Shown here piece after piece: positions 39,691 through 55,200 of a DNA stretch of 64,000 bases. Each line of letters begins with the position of its first letter. The stretch's first letter is position 1. Position numbers and translations under genes: made by a program. Source of the DNA: Eledone cirrhosa (taxonomy: Eukaryota). The notes beneath the pieces were generated by a model. The model worked only from the letters and a program-made list of their open reading frames with translations. It had not been told where the DNA came from and did not search any database. Location: contig OZ024745.1 of assembly GCA_964016885.1 (NCBI GenBank), forward strand, positions 75,640,001 to 75,704,000, written 5' to 3'.

Positions 39691-39901
39691 AACTACGATA
39701 TATAAATATAACGAAAGAGTTGTGGTAAGGAACCAGATGGACCATAACGCACCAGAGTACTCAATACTTAGGGTAGTAGAGTGGGTAATAGGAATGTGTA
39801 TGACCCCGACGGCAGAGCTCAAGCCGTTTCGACGGCTATTTCTGGACGAGCCGTCGAAACGGCTTGAGCTCTGCCGTCGGGGTCATACACTTTCCTATAT
39901 A

Positions 39902-39937
<36 letters not shown>

Positions 39938-39940
<3 letters not shown>

Positions 39941-40068
39941 GTAAAATTCCGTTATAACGAATTTTCATTATAACGAAAATTCCCTGCCACAATTTAACGA
40001 AAATTCCCTGCCTCGTTACAACGAATTTTTTTATACCCCGTGAATTTCGTTATAACGGAATTTTACTG
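39938..40068. mobile_element. Tc1/mariner-pogo-type MITE
   Basis: TIR caggtaaaattccgttataacgaa / ttcgttataacggaattttactg flanked by TA. Confidence 0.85.
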
Positions 40069-41770
40069 TATAGGTGTGTGGGTGTGTGCGTGTGATTTTA
40101 TGGTTCTTACGAATGTTTTTTAAAACGTTTGACATCTTATGGCGATGGATGGCAGAATCGGTGAGTGTTGTACAAAATACCTTTGTACAAAATACCTTTT
40201 TAATTCAAATCTCGCCTAATTCAACTTTGCCGTTTATTTTTCTGGGGTGGATAATGTAAGTACTGGAGTCGATATAAGCAATTATAACCATTGAAAACAT
40301 TGCTCGAATATTATGTGATGACAACCTAATGAAGCTAGTAAAAGACTGAAGGAACCTCTTGTAATAGAAACAGTCAATGGAACATCAGCAGCGACATTCA
40401 AATAAACTAAGGTCATTTTCATGACCCGAAAATGTACATAATAGATTAGGCATAAATTTACAAGGTTTAAAGAATTACAAAGAACCCTATGTTTAAATTG
40501 AAATAAATACTAGACATTTGAATTAGACAAGAATAGAAATAGTATACGAAAAAAGATGCTAATGCACTAACTAGCTATATATTTAACTAGATTCAGGACC
40601 AATTTAATTGCCTGGAGAATTAACGAACCGAAAAAATATTAAAACAAAAACAGGCAACGTATTACATGAAAGATATAGATAGACTATTTTTACCGTCAAT
40701 ACAGAATAACTGAACTACCCTGAAAGGAAACCAGGATTTTAACAATACATTATGCTGAAAACGAAAATGAATCGATATAAATTCCAAAATAACTTTTCTT
40801 TGTTTAAAGAGGTTATTTTAAGTCATAGAGTTAAAGAAAATCAGATAGAACAAGCATAAAGAAAGCGACAAGATGTAAATGGAGAATATAGAAACTATTC
40901 TTGTGGACTGGAGACTGTAGCCACCACAAGACAAACATCTAACTTAGAAATCTCCACATTAAAAAAAAAACTGTATACGGCACTATATAAAAGAAAAATA
41001 CAAACGTTCTTTAAGCAGAATTTGTGAAGGGAGAATGGTGAAGGGATATTGTCTGAATGTCCAGTTGAACTAAATCAGGGGACATCAAGCGAGAAGACAT
41101 GGTTGGTAGATTTGTACAATAGAAACTATTAATATTGCCAAATTGTCACTGATTCTAGTATAACTCTAACCATCTGAAACAGAGTTATAAAATGACAAAG
41201 CTTTTATATTTTGGGTCAAATAAGTCCATGCAAACAATAAAAATACATTCTAACTGTTCAGCAAAACCACTAAAGCAAACAATGCCAAAACATTAACATT
41301 TCAGTCTCAGCGGACCAAAACACGTTCTTTTAAAGAGCTGCTCTAACTCTCTATGCACAGTGGTCAATCTGCTTATAGAATTATTTATAATGTGACTGTA
41401 GATGTAAAAAATAGTAGTAATGTATAAGGTTCCTATAGCAAACGAGAAAATACGTAACAAAGTTCTTGGACAAGATATTAAGTCGAACAGAACAGGCTAT
41501 ATATTTTCATTGAAAATAAAAACAAAAATCATTTTAACACGAAGAAACTGTCGTCTGGTTGTCTTTCAGTTTAGGAATATTCACAGGCATTGTTGTGTAC
41601 TTAAGGGGTTCGCTTCAAAGCCACGTGGTATTGCTGGCCATAGGCAAGTCCCTGGCGGGACTAAAAAGCCGCGTCTGTGATGCTCATGCATAATTATCAA
41701 GCGATGGCATTACTTGAAATTGAGTTGCAGCCATCTTGTATGCAACCATCTATGTATGTGTATATATATG

Positions 41771-41806
<36 letters not shown>

Positions 41807-41812
41807 CATATA

Positions 41813-41851
<39 letters not shown>

Positions 41852-41872
41852 ATATATATGTATATATATATA

Positions 41873-41926
<54 letters not shown>

Positions 41927-41937
41927 TATATATATAC

Positions 41938-41972
<35 letters not shown>

Positions 41973-42004
41973 CATATATATACACACATATATATATATA
42001 TACA

Positions 42005-42498
42005 TATATCATAAAACATGTCTATAGAATCACAAGATAAAATATATACTATTTCCTCTCCCAATTAGCATAATTAACTATAAAAAAAATCGAATAGACC
42101 AGGCTATAAGAATGAGGCTTCTATGAAGGAATCTCTGACAAATAACCAAAACTAGCGCTTCGAGTTTATATAATTATTACATAATTATTGTAAAACTCAA
42201 AACACGGACGAAACCATGGTAGAGGTATTTAAATGTATTCTATTTTCTCCTAGTTTATTTTAAACCTAATTCTGCTTAGTTGACTGTATCTAGGCGATTA
42301 CGCTGTCGAAATATTCGATAAATATTCCACTACGGCCGACGCGAAGCGCTAGTTTTGGTTATTTGTCAGAGATTCCTTCATAGAAGCCTCATTCTTATAG
42401 CCTGGTCTTTTCGATTTTTTATATAGTTAATTATGCTAATTGGGAGAGGAAATAGTATATATTTTATCTTGTGATTCTATAGACATGTTTTATGATAT
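42005..42498. repeat. Inverted repeat with ~155-bp arms, nested in an outer 46-bp inverted pair (41697-41742 / 42736-42781)
   Basis: Direct reverse-complement match of arms. Confidence 0.88.
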
Positions 42499-42610
42499 AT
42501 AGCTCTGATTGTTTAATTTATTAATTTTTCATTGAGCCACAAAGTGACCGGTTGCAAAACACGTATATGTATGTGTATGTATATATATATATGTAAACTT
42601 TTATATATAC

Positions 42611-42641
<31 letters not shown>

Positions 42642-42924
42642 CACATATATATATATATACATATATATATATATGTATATATGTGTATATATATACATAT
42701 ATATATATATACATATATATACACATACATATATACATACAAGATGGCTGCAACTCAATTTCAAGTAATGACATCGCTTGATATTTTAGTCCAGAATTAG
42801 CCGTCGAAACGGCTTGAGCTCAGCCGTCGGGGTCTTACTCGTTTCTATTACCCACTCTACTACCCTAAGTATTGAGTACTTTGGTGCGTTATGGTCCACC
42901 TGGTTCCTTACCACATTTCCTTCG

Positions 42925-42973
<49 letters not shown>

Positions 42974-43119
42974 ATACAATTGCACAGAAAGTGAATTAAT
43001 TGAATATGATGTTTGAGTAGAGATACAATAGAAAAGAAATAAGAACAAATAATTCAGTAAATACAGCATAACCATAACATTTATATTATATCTCATTTCT
43101 ATTTCTATAACAAACCTTA

Positions 43120-43706
43120 TCTATATATATAAAACTGAGGATGTCTGTCTGTGTGTGTATGAGTTTGAATCCCTAAAACTAGAGAACCACCCAACCGACT
43201 GTTTTCAAACTTTACACATGTAATACTTATGCTTCAGGGAGTGTGCTGAGCAAAACAATTTCAAATTTTCAATGCCCTAAGGACCGCATTAGGTGATTTA
43301 GCGATCTCTCTCTATATAATTCTTAGTCTTACTCTTTTTAGATAGATACATACATATAACGTCGCGTCTTTATAATATCTGTCTGTGTGTCTGGTTGGCT
43401 GGCTGCATTACGTCACTTCCTACAATTCGTTCTGCGTCCAGAACGCGCCCTTATAATATATGTCTGTATGTCTGGCTGTCTGCTGCTTCCGGTTATTTGC
43501 CACCCTTGCTCAAGACACTCATTCCCCAAACAGTTGGTAAGTGCACACAACTTCTTCCTCACGTTTTAAGCCACAGTGTTGCTTACTTACGTACCACCAG
43601 GCCCTTACTTCTTTGCCAGCCGTGGTTGTGGCAATACTAAGCTTAGCTAAGGCGGTTATATATTTCACAATACCTTATCCCGTGCAACGCCGGGTACGAC
43701 TGCTAG
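43120..43706 (+). mobile_element. Non-autonomous Helitron
   Basis: 5' TC start (tctatatatataaaa), subterminal hairpin cccgtgcaacgccggg, 3' CTAG, inserted between A and T, no TSD. Confidence 0.85.
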
Positions 43707-43719
43707 TTCCTAATATAAT

Positions 43720-43888
43720 TTTTCTACTTTTGGCACAAGGCCAGCAATTATCCCAGTGTATTGCTGGTACTTTATTTTATCGACCCCGTAAGGATGAAAG
43801 GCAAAGTTAACCTCAGCGAGATTTGAACTCAGAATGGCAAGGGCCGTAACTCTATGCGTCAAAGCATGGCGTCCGACCCTCTACCGAT
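43720..43888 (-). mobile_element. SINE family A
   Basis: Same family motifs. Confidence 0.88.
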
Positions 43889-44255
43889 AGAGTAAATATG
43901 CACTAGCAATAAGAAGAAATAATTTAGTAGATACTGCTTAATAATCTAAGTTATAATCAAATAACAACCTATGTCTATTTTTTTTACGATCCTTTTTCCT
44001 AATAACAGAATTCACTTTATCAAACATAAAAGGGCTAAAATTTATCGAGAAAGAAATATCATTTAATCAAGTATAAGGGTTTTTTGTTTAAGTTACTCAG
44101 CTATAGCGTTCCATAGAATGAAATTATGGATCTAGAAACTAATTACCCATTGTAATCACTTCAACATTGGAATAATTTACCATTAATTACTTCAACATTA
44201 AATATCATTAAAAGAGAAAAAAGAAAGAAGGGTTGACATATGCATATATATATGC

Positions 44256-44329
<74 letters not shown>

Positions 44330-44335
44330 ATAGTA

Positions 44336-44421
<86 letters not shown>

Positions 44422-44504
44422 ATAAATATATACATGGAATTAGCTGTTGAAACGGCAAGAGCTCAGCCATCGTGTCCTGGCTCATTATAATATATATATA
44501 TATA

Positions 44505-45172
44505 TAAAACATGAGAAGAAAGAATACTGCGTGGTTGCACATGGGTTACATATGATAAAAATAGTCCTTCGTCAGTGATTTTCCAACCTTTATTGGTATT
44601 TCATCGCTTTAAAAATCATATACCTCCAGTTGGTGCGAGCAATAGCTAAATAAAGCTATTGGGACAAATAAATCGCGTAAAGCGAACAAGACAGTAAACA
44701 ACAAGGAAGGATAGCAACGCAAAGATAGGAAAAAACAAGCAGCATGGGAATCCAGTCAGCTTAAACTGGGTGGATTTCATGAGCGAGCGTATTACAGACC
44801 GTCCGACGTGAGTGAGATGTGAGCAAGAAGAGAACCCACTACAGGCCAAACGGAAGGAAGTGAGAAGGGGAGAAACAGAGAGTGAGTGAGTGGAAGTGCG
44901 AGGAAGAGGCCAGTCGAGAGAAAGTGTAACTGATAGAGGGGGCGAAAGAAGGTGAGAGAAACAGAGTGAGCGGGGAAGCAGTAAGAGAGAAACAGACAAA
45001 CGCAGCCGAGGAAAATATATATAAAAAACATGAGAAGAAAGAATACTGCGTGGTTGCACATGGGTTACATATGGTAAAAATAGTCCTTCGTCAGTGATTT
45101 TCCAACCTTCATTGGTATTTCATCGCTTTAAAAATCATATACCTCCGGTTGGTGCGAGCAATAGCTAGATAA
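44505..45172. mobile_element. Non-coding element with ~150-bp terminal direct repeats
   Basis: 44505-44655 matches 45025-45172; TA-flanked. Confidence 0.75.
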
Positions 45173-45339
45173 AGATATATATTATTAGAAATATATATAT
45201 ATATATATTATTATAAAGTGAGGTTTTTTTACAAAATGAAAAAAAAACGAGGTGTCCTACACGAGGTGTATAAGGAAAAAAGCTGAAATCGAAAATGCGA
45301 CTTGAGTCTTTTTTTTTTTAAATATATATTTATTTGGTT

Positions 45340-45373
45340 CCTTTACCGGTTTCGCAGTTCTGCTTTTCAAAAG
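45340..45373 (-). ncRNA. Hammerhead motif, U3-A8 family
   Basis: CUU-UUGAAAA-GCAG aa CUGC-GAAA-CCGGUA-AAG. Confidence 0.6.
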
Positions 45374-45420
45374 TAGAATTGAGATGGAGGGTTTGTGGTT
45401 TTTCTCACATTGTGGTTTTT

Positions 45421-45482
<62 letters not shown>

Positions 45483-45489
45483 TATATAA

Positions 45490-45561
<72 letters not shown>

Positions 45562-45618
45562 CACAAATTTAAATTTTGAAGACGTATTAAACAATGCTTC
45601 AAGCAAGCTACAAAACTC

Positions 45619-45663
<45 letters not shown>

Positions 45664-45733
45664 AAAATAGTCAGGACCCCGACAGCTGAGCTCCGGCCAT
45701 TTCGACAGCTACATATGAACTAAGCCAGTAGTG

Positions 45734-45817
<84 letters not shown>

Positions 45818-45857
45818 GAGATGAACGAACAAAATGCAGTAGGCAATTGTACACAGT

Positions 45858-45937
<80 letters not shown>

Positions 45938-45948
45938 CGCGCGCGCGC

Positions 45949-45986
<38 letters not shown>

Positions 45987-46004
45987 GCGTGCGCGTGCGT
46001 GCGC

Positions 46005-46036
<32 letters not shown>

Positions 46037-46645
46037 ACAGAGCAGGAGGCGCACTGAACAAGGACAACAGAAAGAAAAAAGAAAAACGGATACTCGCACC
46101 TCCTTAGTTAACCTCTGAAAATCACAATAGTTTCACAGGGTCGATACTATTCATTCCCGTGCACATTGGGACGCAACAAATATACGTGTGTCTGTCTGTA
46201 TGTTCTTCTGGTTTCATAATTTTATAAATTTTAACAAATGGAGAGAGAATCGGTTTCTAACATAGACTCAAGACTCTTTCATTGGAATTTAAACAAAAAC
46301 TAGGTAGATATGTATGCAGGTCTGCATGCGTGCGTGTGTGAGCAGGTATGGATGCTATTGTATGTGTGAGTCTGCATGTTTAGAGTTATATGTGTGCATA
46401 TGCATATGTTTTGTATCTGTATATGTGCTGTATACATGCAGTTGTTAAATGCAGAACTTTTGGAATTTTTTACATACTTTTATTGTTCCGTTAATGGGTT
46501 GTACTTGTAATTTCCTAACTAGTCGTGTTCTTTCTGGTTCTGTGAAGCCCAGCTTCTCAAGATTTGTATTGAGGCAGTTATTAACATATCCCTGTATGTA
46601 TGTATGTATGTATGTATGTATGTATGTATGTATGTATGTATGTAT

Positions 46646-47196
46646 GTCTCATGGTCGGGTCGTTGGCGACTAAACTGGCAACCCCACCAAGGTTTCTTGA
46701 TGAGGAGGGTGACTTTGGACATCCTGCAGGACTAAAAACAAAACCTGTCAAAGGGCAAAGGAGCTCTTAAGAGTCAATGGCCATCCAAAATCACCGGGAG
46801 AGATGACCCCTTAGCCTTTGTCAAGGCAGAATTCTAGGAGAAGGAAAACTCTGATATAACACCAGCAACTCTGATGGTATCCAATGATGTTGACTTGTTC
46901 TTCTTTTTGGTAAATATCATCTTGGTCAAGAGAGTGGGACTGGCTTTGTGCAGTGCCTTTGCTCACTATAAAAGCTTCATGGCACAGGCATTGCTTTATA
47001 TCTGGAGATCTCTCTGCACTTGTCGTCACATAGGCCCAGCACTATGTGTCAATGATTATCACATGTGTAGTGTTTGTACCAGAGTTTTCAAGTCGCTGGC
47101 TTGACTAAAAAGTCACACACGTTCAGCGCATCGGTAGGGGTTCTCCTTCATGGATATGTAGTAGTGGCCGTACTCGAAAACGAGTTGGCAGCCACC
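46646..47196 (+). mobile_element. ~570-bp RTE-like non-autonomous element in (TATG)n
   Basis: Copy of 36791-37363. Confidence 0.8.
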
Positions 47197-47647
47197 ATGC
47201 ATGTATGTACATATGTATGTATACAAATATGTATGTATACAAATATATGTGTATATGTGAACACAGAGTGACTGCATGCTTAGGAAGTTCGCTTTGCAAA
47301 TTATTAGCACTCAGGTTCTATTCAAGTGTATGACATTTTCGGCAAGTGTCATTTACCAGAGCTTCGGGTTGAATTATGCCATGTGAGCAAAATTGGGTAG
47401 ATGTGAAACCTTATAGACACTGCGCCATGCTGAATCTCCTTGAGAATTACATTAAGGGTATACACGACGCTGAAATGATCAGCCACTTACACGTTAATTT
47501 CATGAGCAGGCTATTCCATTGATCGAACAACTACAGCACTCATCGTCGAAACCGAGTGAAGTTCATTCCATTTTTTATATGTATATATATATATATATAT
47601 ATATCAATGATATTAATAAATGGAAACTATATTTATAAAACCATATT

Positions 47648-47708
47648 TATTCTATTATATATATTTCAAGGGTACCAAAACTTTGGTACGCTTTCATCAG
47701 ATAAAATA
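47648..47708 (-). ncRNA. Minimal type I hammerhead ribozyme
   Basis: UAUUUUAU-CUGAUGA-AAGcGUACCAAA...UUUGGUACcCUU-GAAA-U-AUAU-A-UA^AUAGAAUA; within palindrome ~47680-47856. Confidence 0.82.
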
Positions 47709-48164
47709 CAAAGTTTGTTTTATAAATATTGACATATCCAGGAATGAGACCTTAACGGTTCAAGTTTTCACTATCCAGGTAAAACTTGAACCGTTAAGGA
47801 TATGTCAATATTTATAAAACAAACTTTGTATTTTATCTGATGAAAGCGTACCAAAGTCATTGATATTATACTCCAGAAAATCTGTCGAGTGCTTCGAATC
47901 AGTTATAAATATATATATATATTTGTTGAATTACCAACAAATTAAATATCCCTTTGCTTATATATATATATATAGTAATAATAAATACAAAGACCAAAAT
48001 CCAAAGAGGACTCGAAAAGGGTTGTATATATAATATAAATATACATAAACCCGTAGAGCAAATATGTATTATTAGTACAGATTAAAAGTTTAAGCAAAAA
48101 ATTTCTGCTTAGGGTGAATGCAAAAATTCTTTGCTTAAACGTTTAATCTGTACTAATAGTAAAT

Positions 48165-48207
<43 letters not shown>

Positions 48208-50772
48208 ATACATATATATATATATATATATATAACAGGAGAAATATGAAAACCCAAAGAAAATATATTAATAAAAGAACATAACTACCTTTATATAACC
48301 ATTAGGAAAAATATTTTAAAGTCACTAGATAGATGTCTGAGAAATTATGAATGATCAAGTTTAACAAAAAAGTGAAAGCGTGGAAATAATAAGATTATGT
48401 ATTTTGTAGAAAGTAGAAGATATTCTGGTTAAACTGCCAAAGGATATTATTCCGAGAAAAAAATTGACAACAGTTAACTGAGCAAACGAACGAAAAGAAC
48501 AGTTTAAGTCTATTTGCGAACTGACGAATCAACCATCTGTACTGGCCAGTGACCATAGAGAGGAAAGTGTATTTGATAGCAGACATCCCCGGAGATGTCT
48601 ATCAAAAAGAGACGGAGAAGCAAATAAGAGAGAAATCTCTCTGAGATGGTGAGAAAATGCAAACAATGAAGAGATGGAAGTGGTGTGAATAGGGTGAGGG
48701 GAGGAATTGCCAAAAGAACTAAGGTAAATAGAATGAATGAAAACACAAACACATACACGCATATTAACACAAACACAAACATAGACAATGCCACCTCCAC
48801 CACCATCATCGCCACCACCACTACCCTTTTTCACTCTATCATGTGCATGCCAAGAACAAAATGAAATGGAAGGGGACTGTAAAATAGATGAGAATTGACT
48901 CAGAGCAATAGAATTAGAAAAGTGATATTTGGGAGAGTATCTGCTTGATGCGTGCACCACGAACAGTTTTTAGGATTTATAAAAGATACGAACATGACCT
49001 AATCAAAAACTATAGCTTTACAAGAACTCTGTAGAAGTGACACGTGCCGAGGTTTAGGTTACTGCAAAACATCAGCCAGGATTTCGGTGTTGCAATAGAG
49101 AATACAAACTGATAAGTACCCATCTACTGCTACTGCAACGATAAATATCTTTGTTTTCGCCATCTCTCTTTCACTATATATTCACTGACAGAATTCTTTT
49201 CATCTACAAAAACTACAATGCCTTTTATTTTGAGAGGAAGCACTCTAACCATCAGCCACTTCTGAAATATAAAAGAGTAATAAGCTCAGAATTCGTATAA
49301 ACCATTCAATATTTAATAAGAGTTTGCATTTGATAACAATCAAATTAATATGTTAACACTACACGGCAACCAATGGCTTCACTGCAAATACTTATAAAAA
49401 TGAATGGTAGTTAGTAAAACAAAAGCAAAAGGCAAAAGCATGTCATATGATGTAAAATCATATTGCTTTTTTCCTTTGAGAATTAATAAACAACACATTG
49501 ATTAAATAATGAATTAATTAGAAGGATCAAGAAATGAGTTGTATCAGAAAAACTGGAACCGTTTTCAATGTTGCGATCAAAACTAACTGAAAACTAATAA
49601 TGAAGGACTGGTTTGAAAGATTAATTACAACGACCTCCCCCAAACAAAGCTGCTTGATCAAAGACTCTTTATTGCATTGTTGAATAATAAAATAGTATGT
49701 AGATAAAGTTTCTTTATAATTACTTCAAACTTTCAAAGTGTACGAAGAGGTGATGCATACATGAATACTCAAAGTTCTTTATGTCTTCTCTTCTAATAAT
49801 CAGAAAGCCATTTTAATGTTATGCTTCTTTATATTCCCCCATTGTAATTATTTTCTTTAAATAATGTACGATGTGTAATACATGTAAAATTATTTCATTG
49901 TAAAGGGACAACACCAATGATTACAAAAGATTTTCTTGTTTTTAAGAAACATAATAATATAATGCAAATATGAATCATTGTGACTCCTGGAAGAAAGTTT
50001 TCATCTCAAATTATTTAAAATGTAATCCTGCACTCCCCAAACAACTCGCTTTTGATACCTTAATCACCCGAAACCGGTTCTACGATACAAAACTATTATT
50101 TAGAAATGTTTAACTCAATCTAAAAACTTTTAACATGATCTTATATAAGAATCTTTGTTTAGTTATATTCCAAACATTAGATTAATAATGAGAAAGTTTA
50201 TTTTACTAAATCGCGCCAAATGCTAGAATATTTTCAAAATTAATTGGAGGTCGGGAGACCGAACCACCCTCACCTCCATGCGGAGGTCCCTGGAAAAAGC
50301 ATTTGTTATACTGCTAACGAGACTAAGATATATTGATGAACAAGAACGATATACATACATACATACATACATACATACATACATACATACATACATACAT
50401 ACATACATACATACATGATGGCTGCCCTCCTCGTTATCGAGTATGGCCATTGCACGATATACTATTATTAATAATTATTAAATCATTCTATCGTGCAATG
50501 TCTGTGCATGAAGATATTTTTTAAAGTGATGAAAGACTGTGCACTGAGCCAATCCCACTCTCTGAGCGACAGTAGCTATAACCCGAAAAGAAGAAAAGAT
50601 CAACATCATCAGTAACTACTGAGCCGCGTTTATATCGGAGTTATCCCAGTTTCCTGAGTTGCCTTCTCCTAGAAGAATGCCCTGACAAAGGCTAGGGGTC
50701 CTTTACTCTCACATACATACATACATACATACATACATACATACATACATACATACATACATACATACATAC

Positions 50773-51301
50773 ATGGTGGCTGCCAACTCGTTTTCGAGTA
50801 CGGCCACTACTTTATATCCATGTAGGAGAACCACTACCGATGCGCTGAACGAGTGTGACTTTTTAGTCCAGCCAGCGACTTGAAAACTCTGGTACAAACA
50901 CTACACTTGTGACAATTATTGACACAGTGCTGGGCCCATGGTACCATGTGACGACAAGTGCAGAGAGATCTCCAGATATAAAGCAATGCCTGTGCCGTGA
51001 AGCTTTTATAGTAAGCAAAGGCACTGCACAAAGCCAGTCCCACTCTCTTAACCAAGATGATATTTACCAAAAAGAAGAACAAGTCAACATCATTGGATAC
51101 CATCAGGGTTGCAGGTGTTATATCAGAGTTTTCCTTCTCCTAGAATTCTGCCTTGACAAAGGCTAAGGGGGTCATCTCTCCTGGTGATTTTGGATGGGCA
51201 TTGACTCTTAAGAGCTCCTTTGCCCTTTGACAGGTTTTGTTTTTAGTCCTGCAGGATGTCCAAAGTCACCCTCCTCACCAAGAAACCTTGGTGGGGTTGC
51301 C
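50773..51301 (-). mobile_element. ~570-bp RTE-like element in (CATA)n; diverged relative at 50418-50700
   Basis: Copy of 5386-5957. Confidence 0.8.
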
Positions 51302-51991
51302 ATACATACATACATACATACATACATACATACATACATACATACATACATACATACATGCATATATGCATGCATACATACATACAATCATACATGCATG
51401 CATACATCTATCCATCTATCCATCTATCCATCCACATAAATACATACATACATACATACATACATACATACATACATACACATATACATACAGACATACA
51501 TACTTACATACACACATATATATCATAACTGTTCATCATGTATTTGCTAGCCATCAGACATCATATCGCATGAATAAAAAAGAATTAAAAATCATATGCC
51601 ATGTTTTTCATTAGATATGTGGTAACAAAAGTCTTAAGTAAAAAACTTTTATGTAAAAAGAAATTGGGAGATTATTACGGCCTGTTTTCTAGAAATTCAG
51701 TGAAGTGTAAATTATCAACTAACCATTTTATGAATTAGTTTTGTATCTTATACAAAACAAAACCTCATTTCACTGAATGCAACTGTTGTTTGGGGGGGGG
51801 GGGGGTTCTCTCAATAATACACATTAATTAATAATCCTTTACGAAAGTTGTTGTTTTTTTAACATTAGACTCAATTCGGGGAAGAACAGTCCAAGCAGAA
51901 TTGCATCATTCTAATTTCTATTCTAAACTTGTTAGGTTCACTTTCCAAATAGAGGAAAATAATATTTCCATCCCCAACCGCTCTCTCTCTC

Positions 51992-52030
<39 letters not shown>

Positions 52031-52038
52031 TACTCTTT

Positions 52039-52081
<43 letters not shown>

Positions 52082-52350
52082 AAATATTAATCCTGGTTAT
52101 TTTATTTTTTATAGATATATATGTGTGTGTGTTTGTTTGCGTGGGGGGGGGTTGTCGATGATGATTTAGAAGATAAGATAGGATTTATTTTCTTAATTTA
52201 AAACGTTTGTTGAATTTCTGTGTTCTCCATGAATATTTCTGTTGGCGCTCTTGTAGGATTACACACACAGACAAACACACAAACACACACAAATGCACGA
52301 ACACACACACACATCAAACATATATATATATATTTATATATATATTTATT

Positions 52351-52435
<85 letters not shown>

Positions 52436-52466
52436 AGAATATTTTCGAAACAGCGAGTGGATTTGA

Positions 52467-52703
52467 AATTATTAGAAATGTTAGCTATCGCCGTATTTTG
52501 ACTAAAGAAATTAAAGAAATTATTTAGCCTGATAGTGGGGTTAATAACCCTCGGAGAAATAGAAAAAGATGAGTATTGACGTACATGTACGTCAATACTC
52601 ATCTTTTTCCATTTCTCCGAGGGTTCTTAACCCCACTATCAGGCTAAATAATTTCTTTAATTTCTTTAGTCAAAATACGGCGATAGCTAACATTTCTAAT
52701 AAT
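52467..52703. repeat. Spacerless ~237-bp palindrome
   Basis: Centred on gacgtacatgtacgtc; few mismatches between arms. Confidence 0.93.
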
Positions 52704-52853
52704 ATATATATATATATATTAGAAAGTGACGTTTTTTTACAAAATGAAAAATAACCGAGGTGTTCTACACGAGTGAAAGTATAAAGAAAAAAAATGAAAT
52801 CGAAAATGCAACTGGAGTCTTATTTTTTTTTAAATATATATATTTATTTGGTT

Positions 52854-52890
52854 CCTTTACCGGTTTCGCAGTTCTTCTGCTTTTCAAAAG
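52854..52890 (-). ncRNA. Hammerhead motif, U3-A8 family
   Basis: CUU-UUGAAAA-GCAG aagaa CUGC-GAAA-CCGGUA-AAG. Confidence 0.65.
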
Positions 52891-53134
52891 TAGAGTTGAG
52901 ATGGAGGGTCTGTGGTTTTTCATATATACATATATACGTATATATATATATATCATATATATGTATTTATATATGTATATATATATGTGTGTGTGTGTAG
53001 CAGAAATTTGGTTGTGTGGTTAGAGCATCTGATAGAATGCTTTGCAATATCCATTCCAAGTTTCTGCTGCCTTCAAATTCCACCGATGCCGACTTTCCCT
53101 TTCATCATTTCGAGGTTGATAAATAAAGTACAGA

Positions 53135-53207
<73 letters not shown>

Positions 53208-54352
53208 GTTCGCTTTCTTTCTCCTTCTGGAAGTTTGTATATATTCAGATCTGAAGAAGGATGGGCTCAACCAGGATTAAATTACAAAAGACGGCGCAGC
53301 TCTACCAGGGCGGGCACCTATGGATTATTATGTGTATTAAAGAACAAAGACACAGACGATGCCTGTGTCTTTGCCTTTAGTTTTGTTTTAAAAATGCAAG
53401 TGTCTTTTGTGGTTATGAAAATGGAAAAGGAAGGGAAAGGCAAGGGTTCACAGAAGAATCGTGGGGGGAGCTCTTGGCATCAGGCGCGGCGGTGTTGGGG
53501 TTGCGCGCCGCGGATAAAACCGCAAAAGCATTCCCACGGACAATAGCCAGCGACACCCGCTGCAACAGCCACCCCACCTCGTGGGGGTTCCTTCCTCAAA
53601 CGAGCTCCTGTTTTATATTCTGATATTAGTAAAGCTTCCCTGTTTGTTCACCTTGTTTTGTGTGGATTTTTATAGAGAATTATAGTGACAAACTAATGTA
53701 GTCATATCTAATTTGTGTGTGTGTGTATTGTATGGAGATGTGTTGCATTGACTCCTTGATGTATGTGCATGGTTATCCAACGGGAAAGTGTAGTGCTTAT
53801 GCGACCGATGCATCAATATTGATCACAATATTGGTAACAACTTTCATGTTTGCATTAAAATTTATATAACGCGTTAGTCATTTGTAGTCCTGGGATTTAT
53901 CAGGACTGCTACTATTCAAAGTTGCGTCTGAAGAAGTAAAGAAATACGAAAATTCATTAATAAATATAATCAAACTGAAGCGCATTCGTGTTTACAATAT
54001 AACATGTTTAAAACAAATGCTGCTATCTACTTACACAATTATATAGATCCGTGCGTATGTATATATACATGTGTATATATATATATATATATATATATGT
54101 GTATATATATATATGTATAAATATATATATATACATCACGCGGTCTGAGAATCGAACTCATAACCTTCTGCTTGCAAGCCCAATGCTCTAACCACTAAGC
54201 CATGCGCCTTCATACATACATGCATATTTACACATATATATACATATACATCTATGAGGAATGAGAATTTAACGGTTCAAGTTTTACCTGGTAAAACATG
54301 AACCGTTAAGGTTTCATTCCTGGATATGTCAATATTTATAAAACAAGCTTTG

Positions 54353-54413
54353 TATTTTATCTGATGAGGGCGTACCAAAGTTTTGGTACCCTTGAAATAT
54401 ATATAATAGAATA
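54353..54413 (+). ncRNA. Minimal type I hammerhead ribozyme
   Basis: UAUUUUAU-CUGAUGA-GGGcGUACCAAA...UUUGGUACCCUU-GAAA-UAUAUAUA^AUAGAAUA. Confidence 0.82.
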
Positions 54414-54654
54414 AAGTATATATATAATAGAATAAAGTAGGAATCCTATAATGAAACGAGACGTCCGTCTGGGAAGAGATATATTCGATATGTCTCATAT
54501 GAAATAATACAGCCAATTTTCCACGCAATACTTTTAGTTAGCACCCCGAACGCATAATTGGGAATATAATCACTTATTTCCTAATGTTTGTTGAGTGAGT
54601 TGGAATTTGGCCGGAGTATCGCTAAAAAGCTTTCTCCGATATTGTATTTATATA

Positions 54655-55058
<404 letters not shown>

Positions 55059-55070
<12 letters not shown>

Positions 55071-55119
55071 AATATTTCAAGGGTACCAAAACTTTGGTAC
55101 GCCCTCATCAGATAAAATA
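55059..55119 (-). ncRNA. Minimal type I hammerhead ribozyme
   Basis: Reverse-complement copy of 54353-54413 with one loop III change. Confidence 0.78.
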
Positions 55120-55148
55120 TAAAGGTTGTTTTATAAAATACTAAGCTT

Positions 55149-55200
<52 letters not shown>

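Noticed and set aside
52525-52560. Hammerhead in the 52.5-kb palindrome (ctgatagtgggg...ggagaaa)
   Set aside because: Core deviates (CUGAUAG) and no stem I/III can be formed
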